Part shown: in pieces, positions 17,750 to 25,971 of the stretch | Layout of the letters: the number at the start of each line of letters is the position of its first letter | Position numbering within the stretch: the stretch's first letter is position 1 | Origin: Erysipelotrichaceae bacterium | GTDB lineage: Bacteria > Bacillota_I > Bacilli_A > Erysipelotrichales > Erysipelotrichaceae | Direction: 5' to 3' | Length of the DNA stretch: 32,000 nucleotides | Assembly (NCBI GenBank): GCA_963676105.1 | Contig: OY781039.1 | Span: forward strand, 1,500,001 to 1,532,000 | Made by a program: the position numbers and the translations under genes | Notes under the pieces: generated by a model | Databases searched by the model: none | What the model saw: only the letters and a program-made list of their open reading frames with translations | What the model was told of the DNA's origin: nothing

Positions 17750-19479
17750 TGGCTAAGATACATAAGTTATCTGCAGAACTATCCAATCGAATTGCCGCAG
17801 GTGAAGTGGTCGAAAGACCTAGTGCTGTTGTAAAAGAACTTGTTGAAAACGCAATTGATGCGAAAGCACGTTTTATTGATGTTTCTTTTGTTGAAGGTGG
17901 TATTTCTAAAATTGAAGTGATTGATGATGGGGAAGGTATGGATGAAGAGGATGCATTACTTGCTTTTGAACGACATGCGACATCAAAAATTATTGACGAA
18001 GATGATCTTTTTGAACCACAACACTTAGGTTTTAGAGGAGAAGCTATTCCCTCTATCGCGTCTGTTTCAAAATGCACTTTACATACGCAATCCAAAACAA
18101 GTGGGCGAAGTGTGTATGTTGAGTACGGAAAAAAGATAAAGGATATTCCTTATGCTGGTCCACAAGGAACAAAAATCATTGTCGAAAATTTATTTAGAAA
18201 TACACCAGCGCGTCTTAAGCATTTAAAATCACCATACTACGAAGCATCGATCATAGTTTCATTGATGGAAAAGTTTGCCTTAGCAAATCCTGAAATTGCT
18301 TTTAGACTTAAGGATGAAGATAAGATTTTATTAAATACTTCAGGGTCAAATAATTTAAAAGAAGTTTATACCCAAGTTTATGGATCTAAAATTGGTCAAT
18401 TTACACATGAATTTAAATTTAATGATTATGATTTTGATGTGAAAGGTGTTTGGGTTGAATCACATATTAATAAAGCCAATCCTTATGACATTCTCATTTA
18501 TATCAATGGCAGAATACTTAGAAACTTTAGATTAGCGAAAGCGGTAACTGAGAGTTATCAATCTTTTTTACCACATCATCGTTATCCTTTAGCATGTCTT
18601 CATATCAGGATGGATGCTAAATTGGTGGATGTGAATGTTCATCCATCAAAATGGGAAGTACGTCTTTCTAAGGAACAACAACTTTATTATTTAATCGTTG
18701 ATAAGCTGTCAGCACTATTACATGGTTTTAATCAAATCAAACCAAGTCGAGTCCAAGATGAAAGTCTCATTGAATATACAGAACAAAAACCTTTATTTGA
18801 TGTATCTCATATGCCTACAAAAGAGGTGAGGGTTGAGGGTGTAGAATTAAAAGACAATCTTGTTCAAGAACATTTTGAGGTACAAGAAGAAGCAGTTGAG
18901 TATCAAAAGTTTCCAACCTTAGATCTCATTGGACAAATGCATGGAAGATATATATTGGCTAGCTCAGATGAAGATTTATATTGGATTGATCAACATGCCG
19001 CAAAAGAGCGTGTAAACTATGAGCTTATTTTGAAAGACTTAAAAGATACAAGTCATCAATTTGAATTACTCATACCAGAAAATATTGAAGTCAAAATTAG
19101 TTTTATGAAAACCTTTGATGACTTTAAAGAAATCATGGATTCAATTGCTGTAGAGTGTGAGCGTTTTTCAATGAATAGTTTTGTGGTAAGAGCGGTTCCT
19201 GTTTGGATGCAAAACTTAGATATACAAGCTTTGGTTTTAGATTTAGTAGAAAAATTTGAACTCAATGAAAAAATATCTCAAGAAATTATACGTGATTCAG
19301 TCATTGCGACAATGGCGTGTCATCGATCCATTCGTTTTAATCAAGCATTAACACAAGAAGATATGTTGCAGATTATTGATGAACTTTCAAAGTGTGAACA
19401 ACCATTTAATTGCCCACATGGTCGTCCAACACTAATCAAAGTATCTGTAAAAAGCATGTGGAAAGATTTTGAACGATGA
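17749..19479 (+). CDS. mutL: DNA mismatch repair endonuclease MutL
   Basis: GHKL ATPase motifs (VVKELVENAIDA, DDGEGM). C-terminal endonuclease motif DQHAAKERVNYE and CPHGRP. The start overlaps the mutS stop (TAATG). Confidence 0.96.
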   Translation: MAKIHKLSAELSNRIAAGEVVERPSAVVKELVENAIDAKARFIDVSFVEGGISKIEVIDDGEGMDEEDALLAFERHATSKIIDEDDLFEPQHLGFRGEAIPSIASVSKCTLHTQSKTSGRSVYVEYGKKIKDIPYAGPQGTKIIVENLFRNTPARLKHLKSPYYEASIIVSLMEKFALANPEIAFRLKDEDKILLNTSGSNNLKEVYTQVYGSKIGQFTHEFKFNDYDFDVKGVWVESHINKANPYDILIYINGRILRNFRLAKAVTESYQSFLPHHRYPLACLHIRMDAKLVDVNVHPSKWEVRLSKEQQLYYLIVDKLSALLHGFNQIKPSRVQDESLIEYTEQKPLFDVSHMPTKEVRVEGVELKDNLVQEHFEVQEEAVEYQKFPTLDLIGQMHGRYILASSDEDLYWIDQHAAKERVNYELILKDLKDTSHQFELLIPENIEVKISFMKTFDDFKEIMDSIAVECERFSMNSFVVRAVPVWMQNLDIQALVLDLVEKFELNEKISQEIIRDSVIATMACHRSIRFNQALTQEDMLQIIDELSKCEQPFNCPHGRPTLIKVSVKSMWKDFER

Positions 19480-20378
19480 AAAAAATACTAGTTATCGCAG
19501 GATTAACCGCAAGTGGTAAAACAAGTTTATCAATTGCTTGGGCAAAGAAATTAAATGGTGAAATCATCAATGGTGATTCTCAACAAGTCTATAAAGGTCT
19601 TAATATAGGTACCGCAAAAATCAGAGAAGATGAAATGGATGGCGTTCCTCATCATTTGATTGATATTTTAGATTACAGTGAACATTTTCATGTGAAAGCA
19701 TTTCAAGAGAGATGTCGAGAAAAGATTGATGAAATCAGTGAGCGAAAACATTTACCTATATTAGTAGGTGGAACGGGTCTATATTTAAAAGCTGCTCTAT
19801 ATGATTACATCTTTGAAGAAGAGAATGATGAACAAGATGATTTTAAAGATGTCGATACGCAAACATTATATGAAGAATTATTAGAGCAAGATCCCAAGAG
19901 TTGTGAGAAAATTCATCCCAATAATCGGAAGCGAATCGTTCGTGCGCTAAATATGGCAAAACAGGGTTTAAGTAAATCAGAAAGAATTGAGAAACAATCT
20001 CAAAAGCCACTCTATGATATTTTCTGGTGTGTGCTTGCGCCTACTAAAAACTTAATTGATCAAAGAATTAAACAACGCGTTGATCTAATGTTTGATGCAG
20101 GTTTAAAAGAGGAAGTAGAGAAATACTTCTCTCATAAAGAATGTAGACAATACCAGAGTTTTCAAGCGATAGGTTATAAGGAATGGGCACCTTTCTTTGA
20201 AATGGATGTTAATTTAGATAACATAAAAGAAAAGATCGTCATTCACACACGACAGTTCGCAAAAAGACAAAAGACCTGGTTTAAAAATCAAATCCCATCA
20301 CGGTTTGTGGATAGTTTAAATCCAGATGAAATCGAAACAGTTTTTGGTGAAATTAGTGAATGGTTGAAGGAGTCCTAG
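19476..20378 (+). CDS. miaA: tRNA dimethylallyltransferase
   Basis: P-loop GLTASGKTS, GDSQQVYKGLNIGTAK, and GGTGLY. ATGA overlap with mutL. Confidence 0.95.
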   Translation: MKKILVIAGLTASGKTSLSIAWAKKLNGEIINGDSQQVYKGLNIGTAKIREDEMDGVPHHLIDILDYSEHFHVKAFQERCREKIDEISERKHLPILVGGTGLYLKAALYDYIFEEENDEQDDFKDVDTQTLYEELLEQDPKSCEKIHPNNRKRIVRALNMAKQGLSKSERIEKQSQKPLYDIFWCVLAPTKNLIDQRIKQRVDLMFDAGLKEEVEKYFSHKECRQYQSFQAIGYKEWAPFFEMDVNLDNIKEKIVIHTRQFAKRQKTWFKNQIPSRFVDSLNPDEIETVFGEISEWLKES

Positions 20379-20876
20379 ATGAAAAAAATCGTAGTAGCTG
20401 GGGGTTGCTTCTGGGGTGTTGAAGAATATTACAGAAGATTGAAAGGGGTCGTATCTACCCGTGTTGGTTATGCGCAAGGGATAAAAAATAATCCAAGTTA
20501 TCAAGAAGTTTGTACAGGTGAAACACAGCATGCGGAAGTTGCTGAAATTGAATATGATGAAAAGATAATCTCACTTGAAAAAGTTTTAGAACACTTATTT
20601 AGAATTGTTGATCCAACATCACTTAATAAACAAGGTGGTGATAAAGGAACACAATATCGTGTGGGTGTTTATCCAAGCGATGAAAGTGAAATAAAACGTA
20701 TACAAGATTACTATGATCTAAGACAAAAAGATTATGCTTCACCATTAGTCATGGAACTTGAGTTGCTTAGAGATTTCTATGATGCGGAAGATTATCATCA
20801 AAAATATTTAATCAAGAATCCAAGTGGTTATTGTCATGTGAATATGCGTTTAATTAAAGATGATGAGAAGAAATAA
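20379..20876 (+). CDS. msrA: Peptide-methionine (S)-S-oxide reductase
   Basis: GGCFWGVEE active-site motif and YHQKYL. The ATG abuts the miaA TAG. Confidence 0.95.
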   Translation: MKKIVVAGGCFWGVEEYYRRLKGVVSTRVGYAQGIKNNPSYQEVCTGETQHAEVAEIEYDEKIISLEKVLEHLFRIVDPTSLNKQGGDKGTQYRVGVYPSDESEIKRIQDYYDLRQKDYASPLVMELELLRDFYDAEDYHQKYLIKNPSGYCHVNMRLIKDDEKK

Positions 20877-20899
20877 GCGATGTCTTATTTCTTTTTTTT
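20868..20899 (+). terminator. Intrinsic terminator ending the mutS-mutL-miaA-msrA unit
   Basis: AAGAAATAAG (20868-20877) pairs with CTTATTTCTT (20884-20893). The loop is CGATGT and a long T-run follows to 20899. Confidence 0.8.
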
Positions 20900-20934
20900 A
20901 GGAATAACATAATTTAGTACGTATTTTATTAGGG

Positions 20935-21813
20935 ATGGGAACTCTCGAACTAATTAATATAAAAAAATCATACAAAGATAAAGAGGTTTTAAAAGGTATT
21001 GACCTAAAAGTAGAACCTTATGAAATTTATGCGGTACTAGGACGTAATGGTTGTGGAAAGACAACACTCTTTAAATGCATTATGGGTTTAATCGAAAAAA
21101 AAGATGGACAACTATTGTTTGATAATCAAAAAGTTGATTTTGATGTACGTTCAAAATTTGGTTATATGCCAGAGAGACGCTCACTTCTTCCTGACTTAAG
21201 TATGCGTGAACATCTAGAACTTATGGGTACACTCAAACATATGGATGAGACATTTATTGAGGAAAGAATTTTAAGTTTAAGTGAAGATTTTGAACTTCAG
21301 GATTATTTAGAAAAACCCATCAATGCGCTATCTAAAGGACAACAACAAAAATCGCAGCTCATGATTGCCTTATTAAATGTGCCAGACTTACTAATTTTAG
21401 ATGAACCCTTAAGTGGACTGGATGTAGATAGCGTCGATTTCTTTTTAAATGCATTAAAAACCTATGCAAGTTTAGGTCATTCAATTTTGATCTCTAGTCA
21501 TCAAATGGAGTTCATGGATGCTTTGTGTACGCATATATTACTACTTGATCAAGGAAAGGTTATTCAAAAAGGTTCATTAACTGAAATACAAGATCAATCA
21601 GGGATTAGTTTAAGAATCAATTCTAGTGCACATTATGAGCCACTTATGAAACTCGCAGATCGTGTTGAATTACAAGGCGCTTATATAAACTTTTATGTCA
21701 AAGGAAAGACTAAGGCAAAACAACTCATTAATAAGGCGCATAAATGTGAAGGACTAAGCCAATTGCGTTTAAGTCCTCTAAGTGTTTCTGAAATCTTAAA
21801 GGAGCATCGATGA
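20935..21813 (+). CDS. ABC-2-type transporter ATP-binding protein
   Basis: Walker A GRNGCGKTT, signature LSKGQQQK, Walker B LLILDEP, and H-loop SSHQ. An extra C-terminal domain is present. No clear Shine-Dalgarno before the ATG. Confidence 0.9.
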   Translation: MGTLELINIKKSYKDKEVLKGIDLKVEPYEIYAVLGRNGCGKTTLFKCIMGLIEKKDGQLLFDNQKVDFDVRSKFGYMPERRSLLPDLSMREHLELMGTLKHMDETFIEERILSLSEDFELQDYLEKPINALSKGQQQKSQLMIALLNVPDLLILDEPLSGLDVDSVDFFLNALKTYASLGHSILISSHQMEFMDALCTHILLLDQGKVIQKGSLTEIQDQSGISLRINSSAHYEPLMKLADRVELQGAYINFYVKGKTKAKQLINKAHKCEGLSQLRLSPLSVSEILKEHR

Positions 21814-22982
21814 AGACACTTATACTTTTCTCACTAAAAAGACGTTTTAAAAATCGAGTGAGTATCGCTTTATCACTTTTGTTTGTTTTGATTGTGTCAT
21901 GTCTTATATATAGTGATCATATTAGCGACTTTTTAAACTTAGATTTTAGTCAACCCTATGAAATTGTTTTAGATAAAACGATGCAAGAAAAAATAGACAA
22001 TGAAGATTTATGGCTTCAACAAGGTTTTACCTTTACTGATCGAAGTGGAAATCTAAGTATTGAATACATAGACGATGTTTATATTATTAAAGGAAAAACA
22101 GATGTCATTTTACAAACGAAAATCAAAGAACTTTTATTAAACAATCATCAGCACTCTTTGTTGAGTGAAGCATCTAGTAGTGCCCAAAATTGGATTGATG
22201 AGTATTCAAACATCAATTTAATCTTTGATCAAGAAACATTTGGTATAGATTATCTTAAACAACAACTCATTATGGTTTTACTGACGTCTATCTATTTTAT
22301 GATGTTGAATTTTATTGCGGTAAATTCAAATGAAATTATTTTAGAGAAAACATCTAATGTTTTAGCATTATTTCTAAGTTGTGTATCAATCTTTGAACAC
22401 TATATTGCAAAATTTATCAGTGGGATTATCAACGTTAGTGTGCAGATACTAGGATCAATAACAGTTATTGCGACACTTATCTTTATACGTTATCAGGATG
22501 ATCAAGGACAAGGTTTGTTTGTGATGGTTTCCAAATATCTACCAATACCACTAGATGATTTGAGTTTTGATTCATTTTTTTCATTGTTTGATTTTAACTT
22601 TAGTGATGGAATTGTTTTTGTCTTAAGTCTACTCTTTATTATTGTAGGGATAGCGATTGTGCAGGTCTTAGTCTTAGTTTTATCCTCACGGGTTAAAAAC
22701 AGTGAGGAAGCAGGGGCAATACAAGGACCGTTTTATCTAGCCTTATTAATTCTTTATTATGGATCTCTAACTTTAAATTCATCTGAACAATTATCAAATG
22801 GAATAGGGTACATCATGTCCTTTGTACCTGTGACATCTATGTTAGTGATGCCGATGCGAATAGTCAGTAATTCAGTACCCTTCTTTGAACTTTTATTATC
22901 ATCCTTAATATCATTTAGTTGTTTAGTTTTATGTCTCATTATTCTCTATCCAGTCTATAAAAAAGGATTAAGTCGAACATGA
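21810..22982 (+). CDS. ABC-2-type transporter permease
   Basis: 390 aa. One N-terminal TM segment, an extracytoplasmic loop of ~130 aa, then a cluster of 5-6 TM segments. ATGA overlap with the ATPase gene. Confidence 0.8.
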   Translation: MKTLILFSLKRRFKNRVSIALSLLFVLIVSCLIYSDHISDFLNLDFSQPYEIVLDKTMQEKIDNEDLWLQQGFTFTDRSGNLSIEYIDDVYIIKGKTDVILQTKIKELLLNNHQHSLLSEASSSAQNWIDEYSNINLIFDQETFGIDYLKQQLIMVLLTSIYFMMLNFIAVNSNEIILEKTSNVLALFLSCVSIFEHYIAKFISGIINVSVQILGSITVIATLIFIRYQDDQGQGLFVMVSKYLPIPLDDLSFDSFFSLFDFNFSDGIVFVLSLLFIIVGIAIVQVLVLVLSSRVKNSEEAGAIQGPFYLALLILYYGSLTLNSSEQLSNGIGYIMSFVPVTSMLVMPMRIVSNSVPFFELLLSSLISFSCLVLCLIILYPVYKKGLSRT

Positions 22983-23079
22983 CTTGTGAAAAAATAAACA
23001 ATTTATTACAAGGTTTATGTTGATGCATAGAAATTTGTTAAAAAATTAACAAAAAAGTGAAGTTTCTGTGAAATGCTTA

Positions 23080-23108
23080 TTGCAAAAATATTCACAAGTT
23101 AGTAATAT
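23080..23108 (+). promoter_or_regulatory. Sigma-A-type promoter of the lipoprotein gene
   Basis: TTGCAA (23080-23085), a 17-nt spacer, then TAATAT (23103-23108). Strong AAGGAGG Shine-Dalgarno at 23118-23124. Confidence 0.55.
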
Positions 23109-23132
23109 TGACCATGCAAGGAGGAATTTATT

Positions 23133-24149
23133 ATGAAAAAATTATTTGCACTATTAGCCGTTTCTGCATTAGTACTTTCTGCATTAACAGGCTGCTCTGC
23201 TGCTACTTACAAAGTAGGCACAGGCGTTATTACTCATGTTGAAGTTAAAACAGCTCAAGCGACTGCTGACGCTGATGGTAGAATCGATGTTAATACATAC
23301 ATCGCTACTGTTGCTGTAGATGGTGATGGAAAAATCGCTTCTGCATTTATCGATGTTGCTCAATCAAGCCGTTTAGGTTTTGATGCTATGGGTATGGCTA
23401 CAATCGACGAAACTTACGATACTCGTACAAAACAACAAAAAGGTGCTGACTATGGTATGGTTGGTAGCTCAGAAATTGGTATGGAATGGTTTGAACAAGC
23501 TAACGCTTTCGCTGCTTATGTTGTAGGCATGACTGGTGAAGAAGTTGCTGCTATCGAAGTTACTGAAGAAGGTGATGCTGTTTCTGAAGATATCTTAGCT
23601 GGTACTACAGTTACTATTACTGACTACATCGAAGTTATCGTTGCTGCTTATGAAAACGCAACTGTTGAAGTTGAAGCTGCATCTGTTGGTACAGGTGTAA
23701 TCACTCACGTAGAAGCAAGAACAGCTCAAGCAACTGCTGATGCTGCTGGTAGAACTGATGTTAACACATACATTGCTACTGTTGCTTTAGACAAAGATGG
23801 TAAAATCGTTTCTGCTGCATTAGATGTTGCTCAATCAAGTCGTTTAGGTTGGGATGCTACTGGTTTAGCTACAATCGACGAAACTTATGATGCTCGTACA
23901 AAACAACAAAAAGGTGCTGACTATGGTATGGTTGGTAGCTCAGAAATTGGTATGGAATGGTTTGAACAAGCTAACGCTTTCGCTGCTTATGTTGTAGGCA
24001 TGACTGGTGAAGAAGTTGCTGCTATCGAAGTTACTGAAGAAGGTGACGCTGTTTCTGAAGATATCTTAACTGGTACTACAGTTACTGTTACTGACTACAT
24101 TGCTGCAATCGTATTAGCTGCTGAAAATGCAACTGCAATTGCTGAATAA
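23133..24149 (+). CDS. Lipoprotein with two tandem ~157-aa domains (FMN-binding-domain-like)
   Basis: Signal peptide MKKLFALLAVSALVLSALTGC with lipobox LTGC. The mature part is two near-identical halves. Codon use is strongly skewed to GCT/GTT/ACT/GGT/GAA. Confidence 0.9.
   Translation: MKKLFALLAVSALVLSALTGCSAATYKVGTGVITHVEVKTAQATADADGRIDVNTYIATVAVDGDGKIASAFIDVAQSSRLGFDAMGMATIDETYDTRTKQQKGADYGMVGSSEIGMEWFEQANAFAAYVVGMTGEEVAAIEVTEEGDAVSEDILAGTTVTITDYIEVIVAAYENATVEVEAASVGTGVITHVEARTAQATADAAGRTDVNTYIATVALDKDGKIVSAALDVAQSSRLGWDATGLATIDETYDARTKQQKGADYGMVGSSEIGMEWFEQANAFAAYVVGMTGEEVAAIEVTEEGDAVSEDILTGTTVTVTDYIAAIVLAAENATAIAE
23214..24139 (+). repeat. In-frame tandem duplication, period 471 nt (2 copies)
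   Basis: GTAGGCACAGGC at 23214 aligns with GTTGGTACAGGT at 23685. Region 23422-23597 matches 23893-24068 with one mismatch. Confidence 0.95.
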
Positions 24150-24175
24150 TTAGTAAAACTAAATAAAGTAAATTG

Positions 24176-24216
24176 AAAGAGCTTAAGGATCACAATGATT
24201 CCTAAGCTCTTTTTTT
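24176..24216. terminator. Bidirectional terminator between the lipoprotein gene and rarA
   Basis: AAAGAGCTTAAGGA (24176-24189) pairs with TCCTAAGCTCTTT (24200-24212), with one bulge. A T-run follows to 24216 and an A-rich tract sits on the other side. Confidence 0.8.
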
Positions 24217-24217
24217 G

Positions 24218-25498
24218 TTATTTCTTTAATGATTTTAAATCGTGTGTTCGTTTTATTTCATTAAGAGTTTTCAGGTTATTCGCTAATGTATTTTCATAAA
24301 CTGAATTTTTAAATGGTGTATAGAAAGGTGTATTAGATGTGCCCTTTGGTAAGTAATCTATGTGATGCCAAATATTATAGCCACCATAATCATACTTATC
24401 TTCCTCTTTCATATTAACGGGTGTTAAACGCAAGAAATCAGGTACAGGTAAAGGATGTTCTTTAACTTCACGCATCGCAGAACTAATCGCTAATGCAGCG
24501 GCTTTTGATTTAGGGGATAGTGCTAAATCAATGACCGCAACCCCTAAAGGATAAACACACTCTGGAAAGCCAACCCGTCTTGCGACATCACAGGCTTGAA
24601 CAGTACGCGCTACGACAGCTGGATTTGCTAGACCAATATCTTCATAAGCGGTAACTAATAGTCTGCGTTCAATGGAATCTAAATCTTGGGCAACTAGTAA
24701 TCGTGCTAAATAATATAAAGCTCCATCGACGTGTGATCCACGAATTGATTTTTGAAAACCAGATAAGGCATCATAATAGCCGTCATCACTATGATCAAAA
24801 TTTAGATTTGAAGATAGATTTAAATCATGAAGATGTTGACGATTAATACTTGTATTAGGATAGGCAATATTTAATACATCTAAAGTATTATAGGCAATAC
24901 GAACATCACCGTTCGCTAAGTTAGAGATAGACTCAATGATTTCATCATCACATTGAATACTTAATGCTGAATGTGGATGACTTAAGGCTTGCTTAATGGC
25001 TTGAATCATATGTTTTTCTTCTAAACCTTTAAACTCCATTAACATACAACGTGAACGGATGGCTGGATTAATAGAAAAATAAGGGTTAGAAGTGGTTAGA
25101 CCAATTAAGGTAATATGACCATCTTCAACATAAGGTAAAAGTAGATCTTGTTTATCTTTATTTAAACGATGAACTTCATCAACAATTAATATTAAATGTC
25201 CAGCAATGCGTGAATGTGCAAAAATAGAGTCTAAATCCTTTTTATTTCCTGTTACTGCATTAAAAGTTTCAAATGCTTGATTTAGTGTATTAGCTAAGAT
25301 TGTCGCAACGGTTGTTTTTCCCGTTCCAGGTGGACCAAAAAAGATCATCGAAAAAAGACGCTCTGACTTTACAAAACGTTGGAGTAATCCATTAGGACCA
25401 CTTAAGTGCTCCTGACCAATGACTTCAGATAATTGAGTGGGTCTTATTCGATAAGCTAAGGGTTTCTGCATGGCTTGTAGGTACATTTTACTATTCAA
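24218..25498 (-). CDS. rarA: Replication-associated recombination protein A (AAA+ ATPase)
   Basis: RPTQLSEVIGQEHL, Walker A GPPGTGKTT, Walker B VDEVHR, and the MgsA C-terminal region HYDALSGFQKSIRGS-like YYDALSGFQKSIRGS. Confidence 0.95.
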   Translation of the reverse strand: MNSKMYLQAMQKPLAYRIRPTQLSEVIGQEHLSGPNGLLQRFVKSERLFSMIFFGPPGTGKTTVATILANTLNQAFETFNAVTGNKKDLDSIFAHSRIAGHLILIVDEVHRLNKDKQDLLLPYVEDGHITLIGLTTSNPYFSINPAIRSRCMLMEFKGLEEKHMIQAIKQALSHPHSALSIQCDDEIIESISNLANGDVRIAYNTLDVLNIAYPNTSINRQHLHDLNLSSNLNFDHSDDGYYDALSGFQKSIRGSHVDGALYYLARLLVAQDLDSIERRLLVTAYEDIGLANPAVVARTVQACDVARRVGFPECVYPLGVAVIDLALSPKSKAAALAISSAMREVKEHPLPVPDFLRLTPVNMKEEDKYDYGGYNIWHHIDYLPKGTSNTPFYTPFKNSVYENTLANNLKTLNEIKRTHDLKSLKK

Positions 25499-25526
25499 TG
25501 ATAGAATGTAAAAGAGGTTTACGATA

Positions 25527-25961
25527 ATGCGTATTTTAGTTCAACGAGTTCATCATGCGAAATGTGTTGTGAACGGTGAAATTAGTGGTGAAATTCAAAA
25601 GGGTTTTGTCTTATTTGTGGGTGTATCCAAAGAGGATACAATTGACAATGCAAAGCGAATGGCAGTTAAGATTGCCCATGCACGTTTGTTTGAAGATGAG
25701 GATGATAAACTCAACCTTAATATTCAACAAGTGGATGGTGAAATATTATCCATTTCGCAGTTTACCTTATATGCTGATACAAAGAAAGGACATCGTCCAT
25801 CCTTTGATAAAGCGGCTAAAGCAGCTGATGCAAATGAAATTTACCTTGCGTTTAATCAAGAATTAAGGGATTATTGTAAAGTTGAAGAGGGTGTTTTTCA
25901 GGCACATATGGATATTGAGGTATCTAATGATGGTCCAGTAAGCATTCTGTATGAAAATTAG
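25527..25961 (+). CDS. dtd: D-aminoacyl-tRNA deacylase
   Basis: MRILVQRV start, SQFTLYAD motif and C-terminal NDGPVS. Confidence 0.95.
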   Translation: MRILVQRVHHAKCVVNGEISGEIQKGFVLFVGVSKEDTIDNAKRMAVKIAHARLFEDEDDKLNLNIQQVDGEILSISQFTLYADTKKGHRPSFDKAAKAADANEIYLAFNQELRDYCKVEEGVFQAHMDIEVSNDGPVSILYEN

Positions 25962-25971
25962 GAGCACAGAT

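Noticed and set aside
17739-18095. 118-aa ORF antisense to the mutS/mutL junction. Similar antisense or out-of-frame ORFs occur at 1637-1831, 3204-3404, 4027-4224, 5494-5706, 10991-11173, 12634-12846, 13021-13293, 15436-15702, 15449-15637, 19056-19265, 20316-20531, 22757-22939, 25576-25866, 26066-26287, 28373-28576, 28545-28763 and 30381-30611.
   Set aside because: All are fully embedded in well-supported conserved genes. They have low-complexity or Ser/Leu/Cys-rich shadow-frame composition, no Shine-Dalgarno or promoter, and no recognisable motifs. They are typical spurious ORFs.
20935-24149. ABC ATPase, permease and lipoprotein as a single substrate-binding-protein-dependent uptake system.
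   Set aside because: The permease has ABC-2 exporter-type topology. A hairpin and an independent promoter separate it from the lipoprotein gene. The lipoprotein shows no solute-binding-protein features.
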